Assembly (NCBI GenBank): GCA_944388165.1
Contig: CALXHS010000027.1
Span: 7,957-71,956, forward strand
Direction: 5' to 3'
Length of the DNA: 64,000 nt
DNA from: an uncultured Gemmiger sp.
Lineage (GTDB): Bacteria > Bacillota > Clostridia > Oscillospirales > Ruminococcaceae
The translations under genes were made by a program, and so were the position numbers. How positions within the stretch are numbered: the first letter of the stretch is position 1; every line of letters begins with the position of its first letter. The notes under the pieces were generated by a model. The model saw only the letters and a program-made list of their open reading frames with translations. It was not told where the DNA came from and did no database searches. Shown here one piece after another: positions 34,619 to 42,994 of the stretch.

Positions 34619-36169
34619 ATGGAGGAAGTCAGAAAAAAGATCAAGAACCTTCTGCAGTTTGTCTTCAGCCGCCTGGTGGTCACCATGCTGCTGCTTTTGC
34701 TGCAGGTGGTCTGGATGTTCGTGCTGTTCCATGAACTTACCGCCTACGCGGACTGGATCAACTTTATCTGCCTGTTCATCAGCATCATCATGTGTGCGGC
34801 CCTCATCCGCCAGGATTCCACCGTGCCGGAATTCAAGATCAGCTGGATGGCCCTGTTTATGATCATGCCGGTACAGGGCGGGCTTCTGTATCTCATGTGG
34901 GGCGACCACCGCCCCGCCTACCGCCTGCGCCGCAAGCTGGAAAAGGCCAGCAAACGCATCGGCCCTCTGCGCACCGACGCCCCCGCCCCCTACGTGGCCC
35001 TGGAGGCCACCGACCCCCGGGCGGCCCGGACGGCGGCTTATCTGCGGGAAAAGGCCCGATTCCCCCTGTACGGGGACACCGACGTGACCTATTATCCCTC
35101 CGGCGAGGCCATGTTCCCCGCTATGCTGGCTGCCATGGAAAGCGCCGAACAGTACATTTTTGTGGAATTCTTCATCATCGCCCAGGGCCAGATGTGGGAC
35201 GCGGTGCATGACGTTCTCAAGCGCAAGGCCGCCCAGGGGGTGGACGTGCGGCTGATCTACGACGACGCCGGCAGCGTTACCCGCCTGCCGGTGGGATACT
35301 GGCGCAAGCTGGAGGAGGAGGGCATCCGTGCTTTGCCCTTCAACCCCTTTGTGCCCATGGTCAACCTGGTGATGAACAACCGCGACCACCGCAAGATCCT
35401 GGTGGTGGACGGCACGGTGGCCTTCACCGGGGGCATCAACCTGGCGGACGAGTACATCAACCGCATCCGGCGGTTCGGCCACTGGCGGGACGCTGGTGTG
35501 CGGCTGCGGGGCCCGGCGGCCTGGAGCTTCGCCACCATGTTCCTGGAATTCTGGACCGCCAACCGCCCCCAGAGCGACGAGCGGGCGGTGCCACGGCCGC
35601 AGCCGCCCCGGGGCATCGAGCACACCGGGCTGGTGCAGCCCTTCTGTGACACCCCGGTGGACGACGAGTGCGTGGCCAAGAATGTGTATCTGGAGATGAT
35701 CAACCAGGCCCAGCGGGAACTGTTCATCACCACCCCTTACCTGATCCTGGACAACGACATGCTCACCGCCCTCTGCCTGGCTGCCAAGCGCGGGGTGGAT
35801 GTGCGGGTGTACACCCCCGCCATCCCGGACAAGAAGAGCATCTACCAGCTCACCCGCAGCTATTTCCCGGTGCTGATCCGGGCGGGGGTGAAGATATTCA
35901 CCTACACCCCCGGCTTCCTCCACAGCAAGAACTGGCTGTGCGACGGGCGTATCGGCGCGGTGGGGTCCATCAACCTGGACTACCGCAGCCTCTACCTGCA
36001 TTTTGAGTGCAGCGTCCTGCTCTACGGCTGCAAGGCCCTGGAGGACCTGCGGGCGGACATGCTGGACATTGAGGAAAAGAGCCACCTGGTGGACCTGAGC
36101 GAATGCCGCACCGGCTGGTTCGGCACTCTGCTTTCCGCTGCTCTGCGCCTGCTGGCGCCCCTTTGCTGA
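34619..36169 (+). CDS. cls: Cardiolipin synthase (two PLD/HKD domains)
   Basis: 516 aa. N-terminal TM pair. First HKD motif HRKILVVDG; second-domain FLHSKNWLCDG. Typical Cls length and layout. Confidence 0.85.
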   Translation: MEEVRKKIKNLLQFVFSRLVVTMLLLLLQVVWMFVLFHELTAYADWINFICLFISIIMCAALIRQDSTVPEFKISWMALFMIMPVQGGLLYLMWGDHRPAYRLRRKLEKASKRIGPLRTDAPAPYVALEATDPRAARTAAYLREKARFPLYGDTDVTYYPSGEAMFPAMLAAMESAEQYIFVEFFIIAQGQMWDAVHDVLKRKAAQGVDVRLIYDDAGSVTRLPVGYWRKLEEEGIRALPFNPFVPMVNLVMNNRDHRKILVVDGTVAFTGGINLADEYINRIRRFGHWRDAGVRLRGPAAWSFATMFLEFWTANRPQSDERAVPRPQPPRGIEHTGLVQPFCDTPVDDECVAKNVYLEMINQAQRELFITTPYLILDNDMLTALCLAAKRGVDVRVYTPAIPDKKSIYQLTRSYFPVLIRAGVKIFTYTPGFLHSKNWLCDGRIGAVGSINLDYRSLYLHFECSVLLYGCKALEDLRADMLDIEEKSHLVDLSECRTGWFGTLLSAALRLLAPLC

Positions 36170-36186
36170 CAAACCGATCAAAACCT

Positions 36187-36221
36187 TCCCCCGGCGGAAA
36201 TCCTCTGCCGGGGGATTTTTG
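36187..36221 (+). terminator. Rho-independent terminator after cls (left boundary of the phage-like cluster)
   Basis: CCCCCGGC-loop-GCCGGGGG followed by ATTTTT. Confidence 0.75.
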
Positions 36222-36253
36222 ATGCCCGGAGAAAAATGGTTCGATTTTTATAC

Positions 36254-36282
36254 TTGACAACGTATGGTTGTTGCGCTATACT
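36254..36282 (+). promoter_or_regulatory. Near-consensus sigma-A promoter in front of the phage-like cluster
   Basis: TTGACA-17 nt-TATACT, 54 nt upstream of the first gene of the cluster. Confidence 0.6.
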
Positions 36283-36335
36283 GCATTTACAGAAAACAGT
36301 AACGATGCTCAAGGAGAGACAGCAAAGGAGGAGCT

Positions 36336-36788
36336 ATGACCAATCGGGAAAAAATCAAGTGGCTGGAACAATACCGGCATGAGCAGAGCCGTCTGCGGCT
36401 GCTGTGCACCGAACTGGATGCCTTGCGTGCCCAGGGGCGGGAGGTCTGCCGGGTGCGGGAGGACAGCGGAGAGGCGGAAATGCCCCAGTGGCTTGCCAAA
36501 GACCTGGCCCAGGCCCGGCAGGATATGGAAGCCCAGGCCGCCCGGTGCCTGCTGCTGCGCCGCCGCATGGTGAAAGCCATTGCCCGGCTGGAGGACGAGC
36601 GCCAGCGGGAGGTGCTCTGCCGCCGCTTTTTGCAGGGGCAGACCGCCGCGGAAGCCGCCGATGAGATGGGAGTGGTGCCCCGGCGGGTGGAACAGCTGCA
36701 GACCGAAGGGGTGCGCCGTCTTGCCATTGAATTGCAGGAAACCGGAACGGAAAACGCGCAAAAAGCGCGGCTGCGGGGGACGTTATAG
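36336..36788 (+). CDS. Sigma-70 region-4-like / ArpU-type phage late transcription regulator
   Basis: 150 aa. C-terminal HTH ERQREVLCRRFLQGQTAAEAADEMGVVPRRVEQLQTEGVRRLA resembles sigma region 4. Position directly upstream of the terminase genes is typical of phage late regulators. RBS AAAGGAGG. Confidence 0.65.
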   Translation: MTNREKIKWLEQYRHEQSRLRLLCTELDALRAQGREVCRVREDSGEAEMPQWLAKDLAQARQDMEAQAARCLLLRRRMVKAIARLEDERQREVLCRRFLQGQTAAEAADEMGVVPRRVEQLQTEGVRRLAIELQETGTENAQKARLRGTL

Positions 36789-36873
36789 GATTTCGGGGCT
36801 TTTTCGTTTCTTTTTCTTACAGAATACGGTAACGTTTTGTTGAACTTTCGGGGCGTGACGTGGTAGGCTAAGG

Positions 36874-37086
36874 ATGCGGAAAGGGGGATGGACCATGCAG
36901 GAGGATATCACGCCCGACCGGGTGCTGGATGAACTGGCACACATCGCCTTTGCCGACCTGCGGGGCAGCGATCTGCCGGTGAAGGCGGCGGACAAGCTGC
37001 GGGCGCTGGAAATGATCTACCGCTACCTGGGCATGGGGGACGGCGCGGGCAGCGACGAGGGGGTGGTCATCGTGGACGGGGACTGA
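36874..37086 (+). CDS. Terminase small subunit, C-terminal-domain-only (63-70 aa)
   Basis: RVLDELAHIAFADLRG...KAADKLRALEMIYRYLGM matches the C-terminal part of P27/Terminase_2-type TerS. No room for an N-terminal HTH domain, since only 85 nt separate it from the upstream gene. Alternative start ATG 36895 after GGGGGA. Confidence 0.6.
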   Translation: MRKGGWTMQEDITPDRVLDELAHIAFADLRGSDLPVKAADKLRALEMIYRYLGMGDGAGSDEGVVIVDGD

Positions 37087-37125
37087 TCTCCCGCAGGAAA
37101 GGAGGAAAGATTCATCCGAGTACGT

Positions 37126-38358
37126 TTGAAAGATGTGGTCGCCCCGGTGTTCTGGGGCGTTCACTGTGAGGTGCGCCGGGGCGAGGTGCAGGAACTGCTG
37201 ATGAAGGGCGGCCGCGGCTCGGGCAAATCCAGCTATATTTCCCTGGAAATCATCCTGCAGCTGCTGCGCCACCCGGATTGCCACGCCGTGGTGCTGCGCA
37301 AGGTGGGCGGCACCATGCGTTCCAGCGTCTATGCCCAGATCTGCTGGGCCATCGCTGCCCTGGGACTGGCAAGAAAGTTCCGGTGCACCGTCAGCCCCAT
37401 GGAGTGCACCTACCTGCCCACCGGGCAGAAGATCCTTTTCTTCGGCCTGGACGATGCGGGCAAACTCAAGAGCGTGCGGGCGCCTTTCGGGTATATCGGG
37501 CTGGCCTGGTTCGAGGAACTGGACCAGTTTGACGGCCCCGAGGAGGTGCGCAGCGTGGAGCAGAGCGTGTTCCGGGGCGGCGGGTTCAGCCTGGCCTTCA
37601 AGAGCTTCAACCCGCCCGCCATGGGCCGCAGCTGGGTCAACCGCTACGCCCTGGAAACCAAACCGGGGCGGCGGGTGCTCCACTCCACCTACAAGGACCT
37701 GCCGCCCCACTGGCTGGGACCCCGGTTTCTGGCGGACGCCGAACACCTGAAACAGGCCAATCCGGTGGCCTACCGCCACGAATATCTGGGCGAGGTGGTG
37801 GGCAGCGGCGCGGCGGTGTTCGACAACCTGAAGCTGGAACCCATCCCGGAGCAGACCATCGCGGCCTTTGACCGGCTGTACCATGGGGTGGACTGGGGCT
37901 GGTACCCCGACCCCTGGGCCTACAACGCCGTGTCCTACGACCCGGGGCGGCGGGTGCTCTACATCTTTGACGAGCTCACCCGCAACCGCACCCCCAACCG
38001 AGACACCGCCAAACTGCTGCTGGACCGGGGCATCGGCGGGGACGAGGGCGGCTGGCTGACCGCGGATTCCGCCGAACCCAAAAGCTGTGCCGACTACCGG
38101 GCGTTCGGTCTGCCCTGCCGGGCCGCCCGCAAGGGGCCCGGCAGTGTGGAACAGAGCATGAAATGGCTGCAAAGCCTGCATGCCATCGTCATTGACCCCG
38201 CCCGCTGCCCCCACACCGCCGCCGAGTTCGCGGCCTATGAGTACGAGCGGGACCCACGCACAGGCACGGTGCTGCCCGGCTACCCCGATGTGAACAACCA
38301 CCACATCGACGCGGTGCGGTATGCGGTGGAAAGTGTCTGGCGGCGGCGGGGCAGCTGA
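37126..38358 (+). CDS. Terminase large subunit (PBSX-type)
   Basis: 410 aa. Walker A KGGRGSGKSS, Walker B-like GLAWFEELDQF, C-terminal nuclease region NHHIDAVRYA. TTG start; GGAGG lies about 20 nt upstream, so the exact start is uncertain. Confidence 0.88.
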   Translation: MKDVVAPVFWGVHCEVRRGEVQELLMKGGRGSGKSSYISLEIILQLLRHPDCHAVVLRKVGGTMRSSVYAQICWAIAALGLARKFRCTVSPMECTYLPTGQKILFFGLDDAGKLKSVRAPFGYIGLAWFEELDQFDGPEEVRSVEQSVFRGGGFSLAFKSFNPPAMGRSWVNRYALETKPGRRVLHSTYKDLPPHWLGPRFLADAEHLKQANPVAYRHEYLGEVVGSGAAVFDNLKLEPIPEQTIAAFDRLYHGVDWGWYPDPWAYNAVSYDPGRRVLYIFDELTRNRTPNRDTAKLLLDRGIGGDEGGWLTADSAEPKSCADYRAFGLPCRAARKGPGSVEQSMKWLQSLHAIVIDPARCPHTAAEFAAYEYERDPRTGTVLPGYPDVNNHHIDAVRYAVESVWRRRGS

Positions 38359-38375
38359 CAACAAAGGAGGAAGGA

Positions 38376-39722
38376 TTGAAGAGTTTTCTGGAACAGGCCT
38401 TCGGCCGGTCGGACGTCACCGGACCGGCCATGCACGGGGCCATCCGTGAATGGTTCGACCTGTATTTCGGCCGGGCCGCCCCGGGGGAGGACCCCTCCGG
38501 CCGTCTGCCGGTGCTCATTGTGGACAAGCTCTACCGGGCCGTCTTTGCGGAATACGAGACCCGGCTGGAGGGCACCCCCTGGATGCAGGCCAACCTGCGG
38601 GCGCTGAACGCCGTGCGCCGCCGCGCCCTGCAAAGCGCCCTGGTGGGGGGCGAATGTCTGCTCAAGCCGGTGCTGTGCGGCGGCGGGTTTGATTTTGTGC
38701 CGGTGCGCCGGGACTGCTTTGCCCCCCTGGCCCGGGATGCCCACGGCCGGTTGCAGGCGGTGGGCACCATGGAACTGCTGGCCCGGGGACCACGCCGGTA
38801 CGCCTTGCTGGAACGGCGCAGCGCCGGGGCGGATGGGCTGTGCATCGAGACCCGTCTCTTTGAGCTGGCGGGGGAGACCCTGGGGCGGGAAGCCCCCCTC
38901 TCCGCCCTGCCCGAGACCGAGGTCCTGCGCCCCACCCTGCTGCTGCCCGGCGTGCCCGGGGTGGGGCTGGCCACTCTGCGAACCCCGCTGCTCAACTGCG
39001 TGGACGGCGGCCCCGAGGCGGTGGCTGTCTTTGCCCCGGCGGTGGGGCTTATCCACAGCCTGGGGCGCACCGAACACCAGCTGCGCCGGGAATTTGAGAA
39101 CGGCGCCGCCCGGGTGTTTGCTTCGGAGGATCTGCTGGAACAGGATGCCTCCGGCCGCCGTGGTCTGCGGGACGACCTCTTCGTGGGCCTGCCCGACGAC
39201 CCCGCCAACCTGGGGGTGACGGTGTACAGCCCCGCTTTGCGGGAACAGAGTTATCTGGCCCGCAAGCAGGACATTCTGCGGGGGTGCGAGAGCCTGATCG
39301 GGCTGAAACGGGGGCTGCTCAGCGAGGTGGAAGCCACCGAGCGCACCGCCACCGAGGTGACCGCCAGCACCGGGGACTATGACCTGACCATCCGGGATTT
39401 TCAGGCCATGTGGGAGGAGGCTCTGCGGGAAGCCCTTTCCTTGTGTGACGCCCTGGGCCGGGCCTACGGCCTGTGCAGCGGCGCGCCCTTTGACCCGGAC
39501 ACCGCCCTGTCCCTGGACTGGGGAGACGGGGTGCTGTATGACCGTACCCGCACCTGGAACGAGTACCTGGACATGGTGGACGGCGGCCTTCTGCGCCCCG
39601 AACTGGCCCTGGCCTGGTATTTCGGGCTCCCCCACGAGACCGAGGCCGATCTGGCCGCGGTACGTGAGCGGTATATGCCTGGCGAAAAGGAGGTGAAAAC
39701 GGATGGAACCCAAGCAGAATGA
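38376..39722 (+). CDS. Phage portal protein
   Basis: 448 aa, directly after TerL. TTG start 5 nt after AAAGGAGGAAGG. Size and position are typical of an SPP1-like portal. Family not verified by search. Confidence 0.75.
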   Translation: MKSFLEQAFGRSDVTGPAMHGAIREWFDLYFGRAAPGEDPSGRLPVLIVDKLYRAVFAEYETRLEGTPWMQANLRALNAVRRRALQSALVGGECLLKPVLCGGGFDFVPVRRDCFAPLARDAHGRLQAVGTMELLARGPRRYALLERRSAGADGLCIETRLFELAGETLGREAPLSALPETEVLRPTLLLPGVPGVGLATLRTPLLNCVDGGPEAVAVFAPAVGLIHSLGRTEHQLRREFENGAARVFASEDLLEQDASGRRGLRDDLFVGLPDDPANLGVTVYSPALREQSYLARKQDILRGCESLIGLKRGLLSEVEATERTATEVTASTGDYDLTIRDFQAMWEEALREALSLCDALGRAYGLCSGAPFDPDTALSLDWGDGVLYDRTRTWNEYLDMVDGGLLRPELALAWYFGLPHETEADLAAVRERYMPGEKEVKTDGTQAE

Positions 39723-39870
39723 ACCCACGGCCCCCGCGCCCTACGCGGCGGGCACCGGCACGGCGGCTATGCTCCCCGGCAGAGAAGCCCTGGACCGCAT
39801 GAACTACCGGGAGCGCCTGGCCCTGAAGCACAGCGATCCCGCCACCTACGAACAGCTGCGCCGCGGCTGA
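39703..39870 (+). CDS. 55-aa protein between portal and capsid genes (possible minimal scaffold remnant)
   Basis: Not in the track (under 60 aa). ATG 39703 lies 7 nt after AAGGAGGTG. MEPKQNEPTAPAPYAAGTGTAAMLPGREALDRMNYRERLALKHSDPATYEQLRRG. Overlaps the portal 3' end by 20 nt. Confidence 0.55.
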   Translation: MEPKQNEPTAPAPYAAGTGTAAMLPGREALDRMNYRERLALKHSDPATYEQLRRG

Positions 39871-39898
39871 ACCAACCACATCTGAAAGGAGAAAACAC

Positions 39899-40756
39899 AT
39901 GGCAGATATGACCACCAAACTGGCGGACCTCATCGACCCCGAAGTCATGGGCGACATGGTGAGCGCCCGCATTCCCAAGAAGCTGCGCGTTGCCCCCTTT
40001 GCCAAGGTGGACGACACCCTGGTGGGCGTGCCCGGCGATACCATCACCGTGCCCGCCTACGGCTACATCGGCGACGCCGCCGACGTGGCCGAGGGCGCTG
40101 AAGTGGCCATTGAAAAGATGACCACCTCCACCCGCAAGGCCACCGTGAAAAAGGCCATGAAGGGCATCAGCCTCACCGACGAGGCGGTGCTCTCCGGCTA
40201 CGGCAACCCCGTGGGCGAAGCCAACACCCAGCTGGCCCTGTCCATCGCCGCCAAGATCGACAACGACTGCATGGATGCCCTGCAGGGTGCCAGCCTGACT
40301 TACGACGGCAGCAGCGGCACCATCAGCTATGCAGGCATCGTGGACGCGCTGGACCTGTTCGAGGAGGAACAGGGCAGCGACAAGGTCATCTTCGTCCACC
40401 CCAAGCAGGTCACCCAGCTGCGCAAGGACCCGGATTTCCTCTCCGCCGACAAGTACCAGGCCGGCGTCGTGGTCTCCGGCGAGATCGGCATGGTGGCCGG
40501 CTGCCGGGTGGTGCCTTCCAAGAAGGTGCCCCTGGTGGATGAGGACGCCAACTACTCCTGCCCCATCGTCCGCCTGGAAAGCGACCCCGAGACCGAGGAC
40601 GAGATCCCGGCCCTGACCATCTACCGCAAGCGTGAGGTCAATGTGGAGGCGGAACGCAAGCCCAAGATCCGTACCACCGAGATCACTGCCGACGAATTCT
40701 ATGTGGCGGTGCTGTCCAACGAAGCCAAGGTGGTGCTGGCCAAGTTCAAGGTGTGA
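39899..40756 (+). CDS. Major capsid protein (N4-gp56-like family)
   Basis: 285 aa. MADMTTKLADLIDPEVMGDMVSARIPKKLRVAPFAKVDDTLVGVPGDTITVPAYGYIGDAADVAEG...LTDEAVLSGYGNPVGEANTQLALSIAAKIDND closely follows the pattern I recall for this capsid family. RBS AAAGGAGAA. Confidence 0.85.
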   Translation: MADMTTKLADLIDPEVMGDMVSARIPKKLRVAPFAKVDDTLVGVPGDTITVPAYGYIGDAADVAEGAEVAIEKMTTSTRKATVKKAMKGISLTDEAVLSGYGNPVGEANTQLALSIAAKIDNDCMDALQGASLTYDGSSGTISYAGIVDALDLFEEEQGSDKVIFVHPKQVTQLRKDPDFLSADKYQAGVVVSGEIGMVAGCRVVPSKKVPLVDEDANYSCPIVRLESDPETEDEIPALTIYRKREVNVEAERKPKIRTTEITADEFYVAVLSNEAKVVLAKFKV

Positions 40757-41136
40757 GAGGGGGCGTCGCCTTGCCGGACTACGCTTTTTATACCGATGCC
40801 TACCTGGGGGAGGACATCCCCGAAGCCGACTTCCCCCGGTACGCCAAGCGGGCCGCCGCCAAGCTGGCCCACTATAACCAGGTGTTCCGGGTGACGCCCC
40901 GGGAGGGCATCCCCGACGCCGAGGACAACGCCCTGTGCGCCATCGCCGACGCCATGTATGAGTTCGACGCCGAGGACAGCCGCCGGGGTCTGGCTTCCGC
41001 CAGTGTGGGCTCGGTGACCGAGACCTACACCGCCCCGGCGGAACTGTCCGCCACTACCCTCTATCTGCGGGAAGCCTATTTCCGCCAGGTGGCCGGGGAC
41101 TTCCTTCTCATGCGGCGGGGGGTGCGCCATGGGTAA
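40753..41136 (+). CDS. Head-tail connector/adaptor protein
   Basis: 127 aa (GTG overlapping the MCP stop; alternative TTG 40771 after GAGAGGGGG). Position and size are typical of a gp6-like adaptor. Confidence 0.55.
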   Translation: MRGGVALPDYAFYTDAYLGEDIPEADFPRYAKRAAAKLAHYNQVFRVTPREGIPDAEDNALCAIADAMYEFDAEDSRRGLASASVGSVTETYTAPAELSATTLYLREAYFRQVAGDFLLMRRGVRHG

Positions 41137-41545
41137 GGAACTGGCCTTTCCCCTCTGCGCCCAGACGGTCACCCTCTACCACCCCGACCCGGACAGCGAG
41201 ACTGTCACCCGCACCCTGGTGGCGGGGGTGTTTCTGGACCGGCGGGTGAAGATGAATTTCACCGAGACAGGCTGCCAGGCCGCCCAGGCTTTTCTGCTGG
41301 TGATTCCCGCCGCGGCGGGGGAGCCCGGGGATGCCTATACTCTGGAACCGGGGGACCGGGTGTTTGAAGGCAGCGGGCCGGAACTTTCCTGGCAGGAATG
41401 GCCGGAATTTCTGCCCGCTTTGCGGGAGGGCATCTGCTGCGTGCAGTACGTGGACCCCAAGAAGGTGCGGGGACGGTTCAGCCACCTGGAAGCGGGCGGC
41501 TGGTGGACCCGGTCCGGCAGCGGGGCTCACAGCCTGACCAACTGA
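41129..41545 (+). CDS. Phage head-closure / structural protein
   Basis: 138-aa ORF overlapping the previous gene by 8 nt. Call rests on position only. Confidence 0.5.
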   Translation: MGKELAFPLCAQTVTLYHPDPDSETVTRTLVAGVFLDRRVKMNFTETGCQAAQAFLLVIPAAAGEPGDAYTLEPGDRVFEGSGPELSWQEWPEFLPALREGICCVQYVDPKKVRGRFSHLEAGGWWTRSGSGAHSLTN

Positions 41546-41556
41546 GGAGGGAAACC

Positions 41557-41991
41557 ATGGAGGAATACCAGCTCAAGACCCTGTGCGACTGGCTGCGCAC
41601 CGCCCCCGCCCTGGCCGGGGTGAAAAAACTGTGGGTGGACGGCGCCCCGGCGGTGCCGGGCACGGCAGGGCTCTTCCCGGCGGGGGTCCAGGTGACCCAG
41701 CGCCGGGTGAACCTGCTGGGGGAAGTGCGGGAAAAATGCCGGGCTTCCTTCACCCTGCGGCTGGTGCTGCCCTACGGCGGCAGCCGTGCCCGGGAAAATG
41801 CCGCCCTGCTGCTGGAACTGCAGCGCTGGGTTCTGGAAGAAAGCGCCGGGGGACGGGCGCCGGTGTTCGGCAACGCCGACACCCAACAGGAACGCCTGAC
41901 CGCCGCCGACGCCAAGCTGGAAAAGACCGGCGACGAGGGCACCGCCGTCTACGCTGTGCAGCTGAAAGCCGAATACACCATCCAGTACTGA
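41557..41991 (+). CDS. Phage tail-completion / neck protein
   Basis: Start ATG 41557 after GAGGAGGG. 144 aa. Call rests on position. Confidence 0.5.
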   Translation: MEEYQLKTLCDWLRTAPALAGVKKLWVDGAPAVPGTAGLFPAGVQVTQRRVNLLGEVREKCRASFTLRLVLPYGGSRARENAALLLELQRWVLEESAGGRAPVFGNADTQQERLTAADAKLEKTGDEGTAVYAVQLKAEYTIQY

Positions 41992-42007
41992 AAGGAGAGA
42001 GAACGGT

Positions 42008-42493
42008 TTGAAGATCGAACGCAAATACATGGCCCACTACCTGAACGCGGCTTTCTCGGAAGAAGAGAGCGAGTATTGCCGCCTGGGCGCCGACCTGGAG
42101 GAATATTCCCCGGAACTCAGCGCCAATGTGGAAAAAAAGACCAACATCCTGGGTCAGACCTCGGTGGTCATCGACAGCTACCAGAAGCAGGGTGAGGTTT
42201 CCCCTTACTACGCCGAGAAGGACGATCCCCTGTTCGCCAAGCTGCAGGCCATCATCGACGGCGACCTGGTGCTGGATCAGCTCAAGACCGACATGGTGGA
42301 GGTCAAGCTGTGGGGCGACGAGGGCGACGGCGCCTACCCCGCCGTGAAGGAGGAAGTGTATGTGGAGATCGTCAGCTACGGCGGCGACACCACCGGCTAC
42401 CAGATCCCCTTCAACGTCCACTATACCGGCGTGAAGACCGCCGGTACCTTCAATGTGAGCACCAAGACCTTCACCCCCACCCCGGCGGCGTAA
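42008..42493 (+). CDS. Major tail protein (siphovirus tube)
   Basis: 161 aa. Position before the chaperone/tape-measure genes. MAHYLNAAFSEEESEYCRLGADLEEYSPELSANVEKKTNILGQTS resembles TP901-1/phi13-type tube proteins. TTG start after AAAGGAGAGAG. Confidence 0.7.
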   Translation: MKIERKYMAHYLNAAFSEEESEYCRLGADLEEYSPELSANVEKKTNILGQTSVVIDSYQKQGEVSPYYAEKDDPLFAKLQAIIDGDLVLDQLKTDMVEVKLWGDEGDGAYPAVKEEVYVEIVSYGGDTTGYQIPFNVHYTGVKTAGTFNVSTKTFTPTPAA

Positions 42494-42541
42494 AGTCCCC
42501 GGGGCGGGCGGGTGGGAAACACAAAGGAGCGTGATTTTTCG

Positions 42542-42994
42542 ATGCACAAACTGCTGGTGGATACCGGTGTGGAGGAATTCGAGGTCAACGGGCGGGGCGT
42601 GCTGCGCGTCAACCCCGGGGACCCCAACATCTACCACCGTTTTTTCGCCGCCCGGGAGGAACTGACTGCCCTGGACGAGGAACTGGTCCGGCGCAGCGCC
42701 GAACTGCCCGGCGGGGGCCAGGGGGGCGAATCCCTGGACCTGCTGGCGGAGTATGACCGCCGGGTGAAGGAACTGCTGAACCGGGTGTTCGGTGCGCCCA
42801 ACGATTTTGATGTGATTCTGGACGGAGTGAACCTGGCGGGGGTGGGGGTCAACGGCCGCCGCGTGGTGGAAAACCTGCTGGACGCCCTGGCCCCCGTACT
42901 GCAGGAAGGCGCCCGGCGCACGGTGCAGGCCACCGCCGCTGACGCTGTGGCCGCGGCGGAGGCCGCCCGCGCCGCCCGGGGCGAAGAGGCATGA
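42542..42994 (+). CDS. Tail assembly chaperone
   Basis: Start ATG 42542 after AAAGGAG. 150 aa, acidic. Lies between the tube and tape-measure genes. Confidence 0.6.
   Translation: MHKLLVDTGVEEFEVNGRGVLRVNPGDPNIYHRFFAAREELTALDEELVRRSAELPGGGQGGESLDLLAEYDRRVKELLNRVFGAPNDFDVILDGVNLAGVGVNGRRVVENLLDALAPVLQEGARRTVQATAADAVAAAEAARAARGEEA

Noticed and set aside
37084-37128. The TerS stop (TGA 37084) is in the same frame as TerL, with 13 sense codons between them, which could allow read-through fusion
   Set aside because: The frames coincide by chance one time in three. I recognise no read-through context or selenocysteine element. It is noted only as a curiosity.
42940-42994. Programmed -1 frameshift joining the tail chaperone to the Gp15-like ORF, which is in the -1 frame with an ATGA overlap
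   Set aside because: I found no canonical X-XXY-YYZ slippery heptamer near the 3' end; the closest is GCC-CGG-GGC. The downstream ORF has its own ATG, so it cannot be supported from sequence alone.
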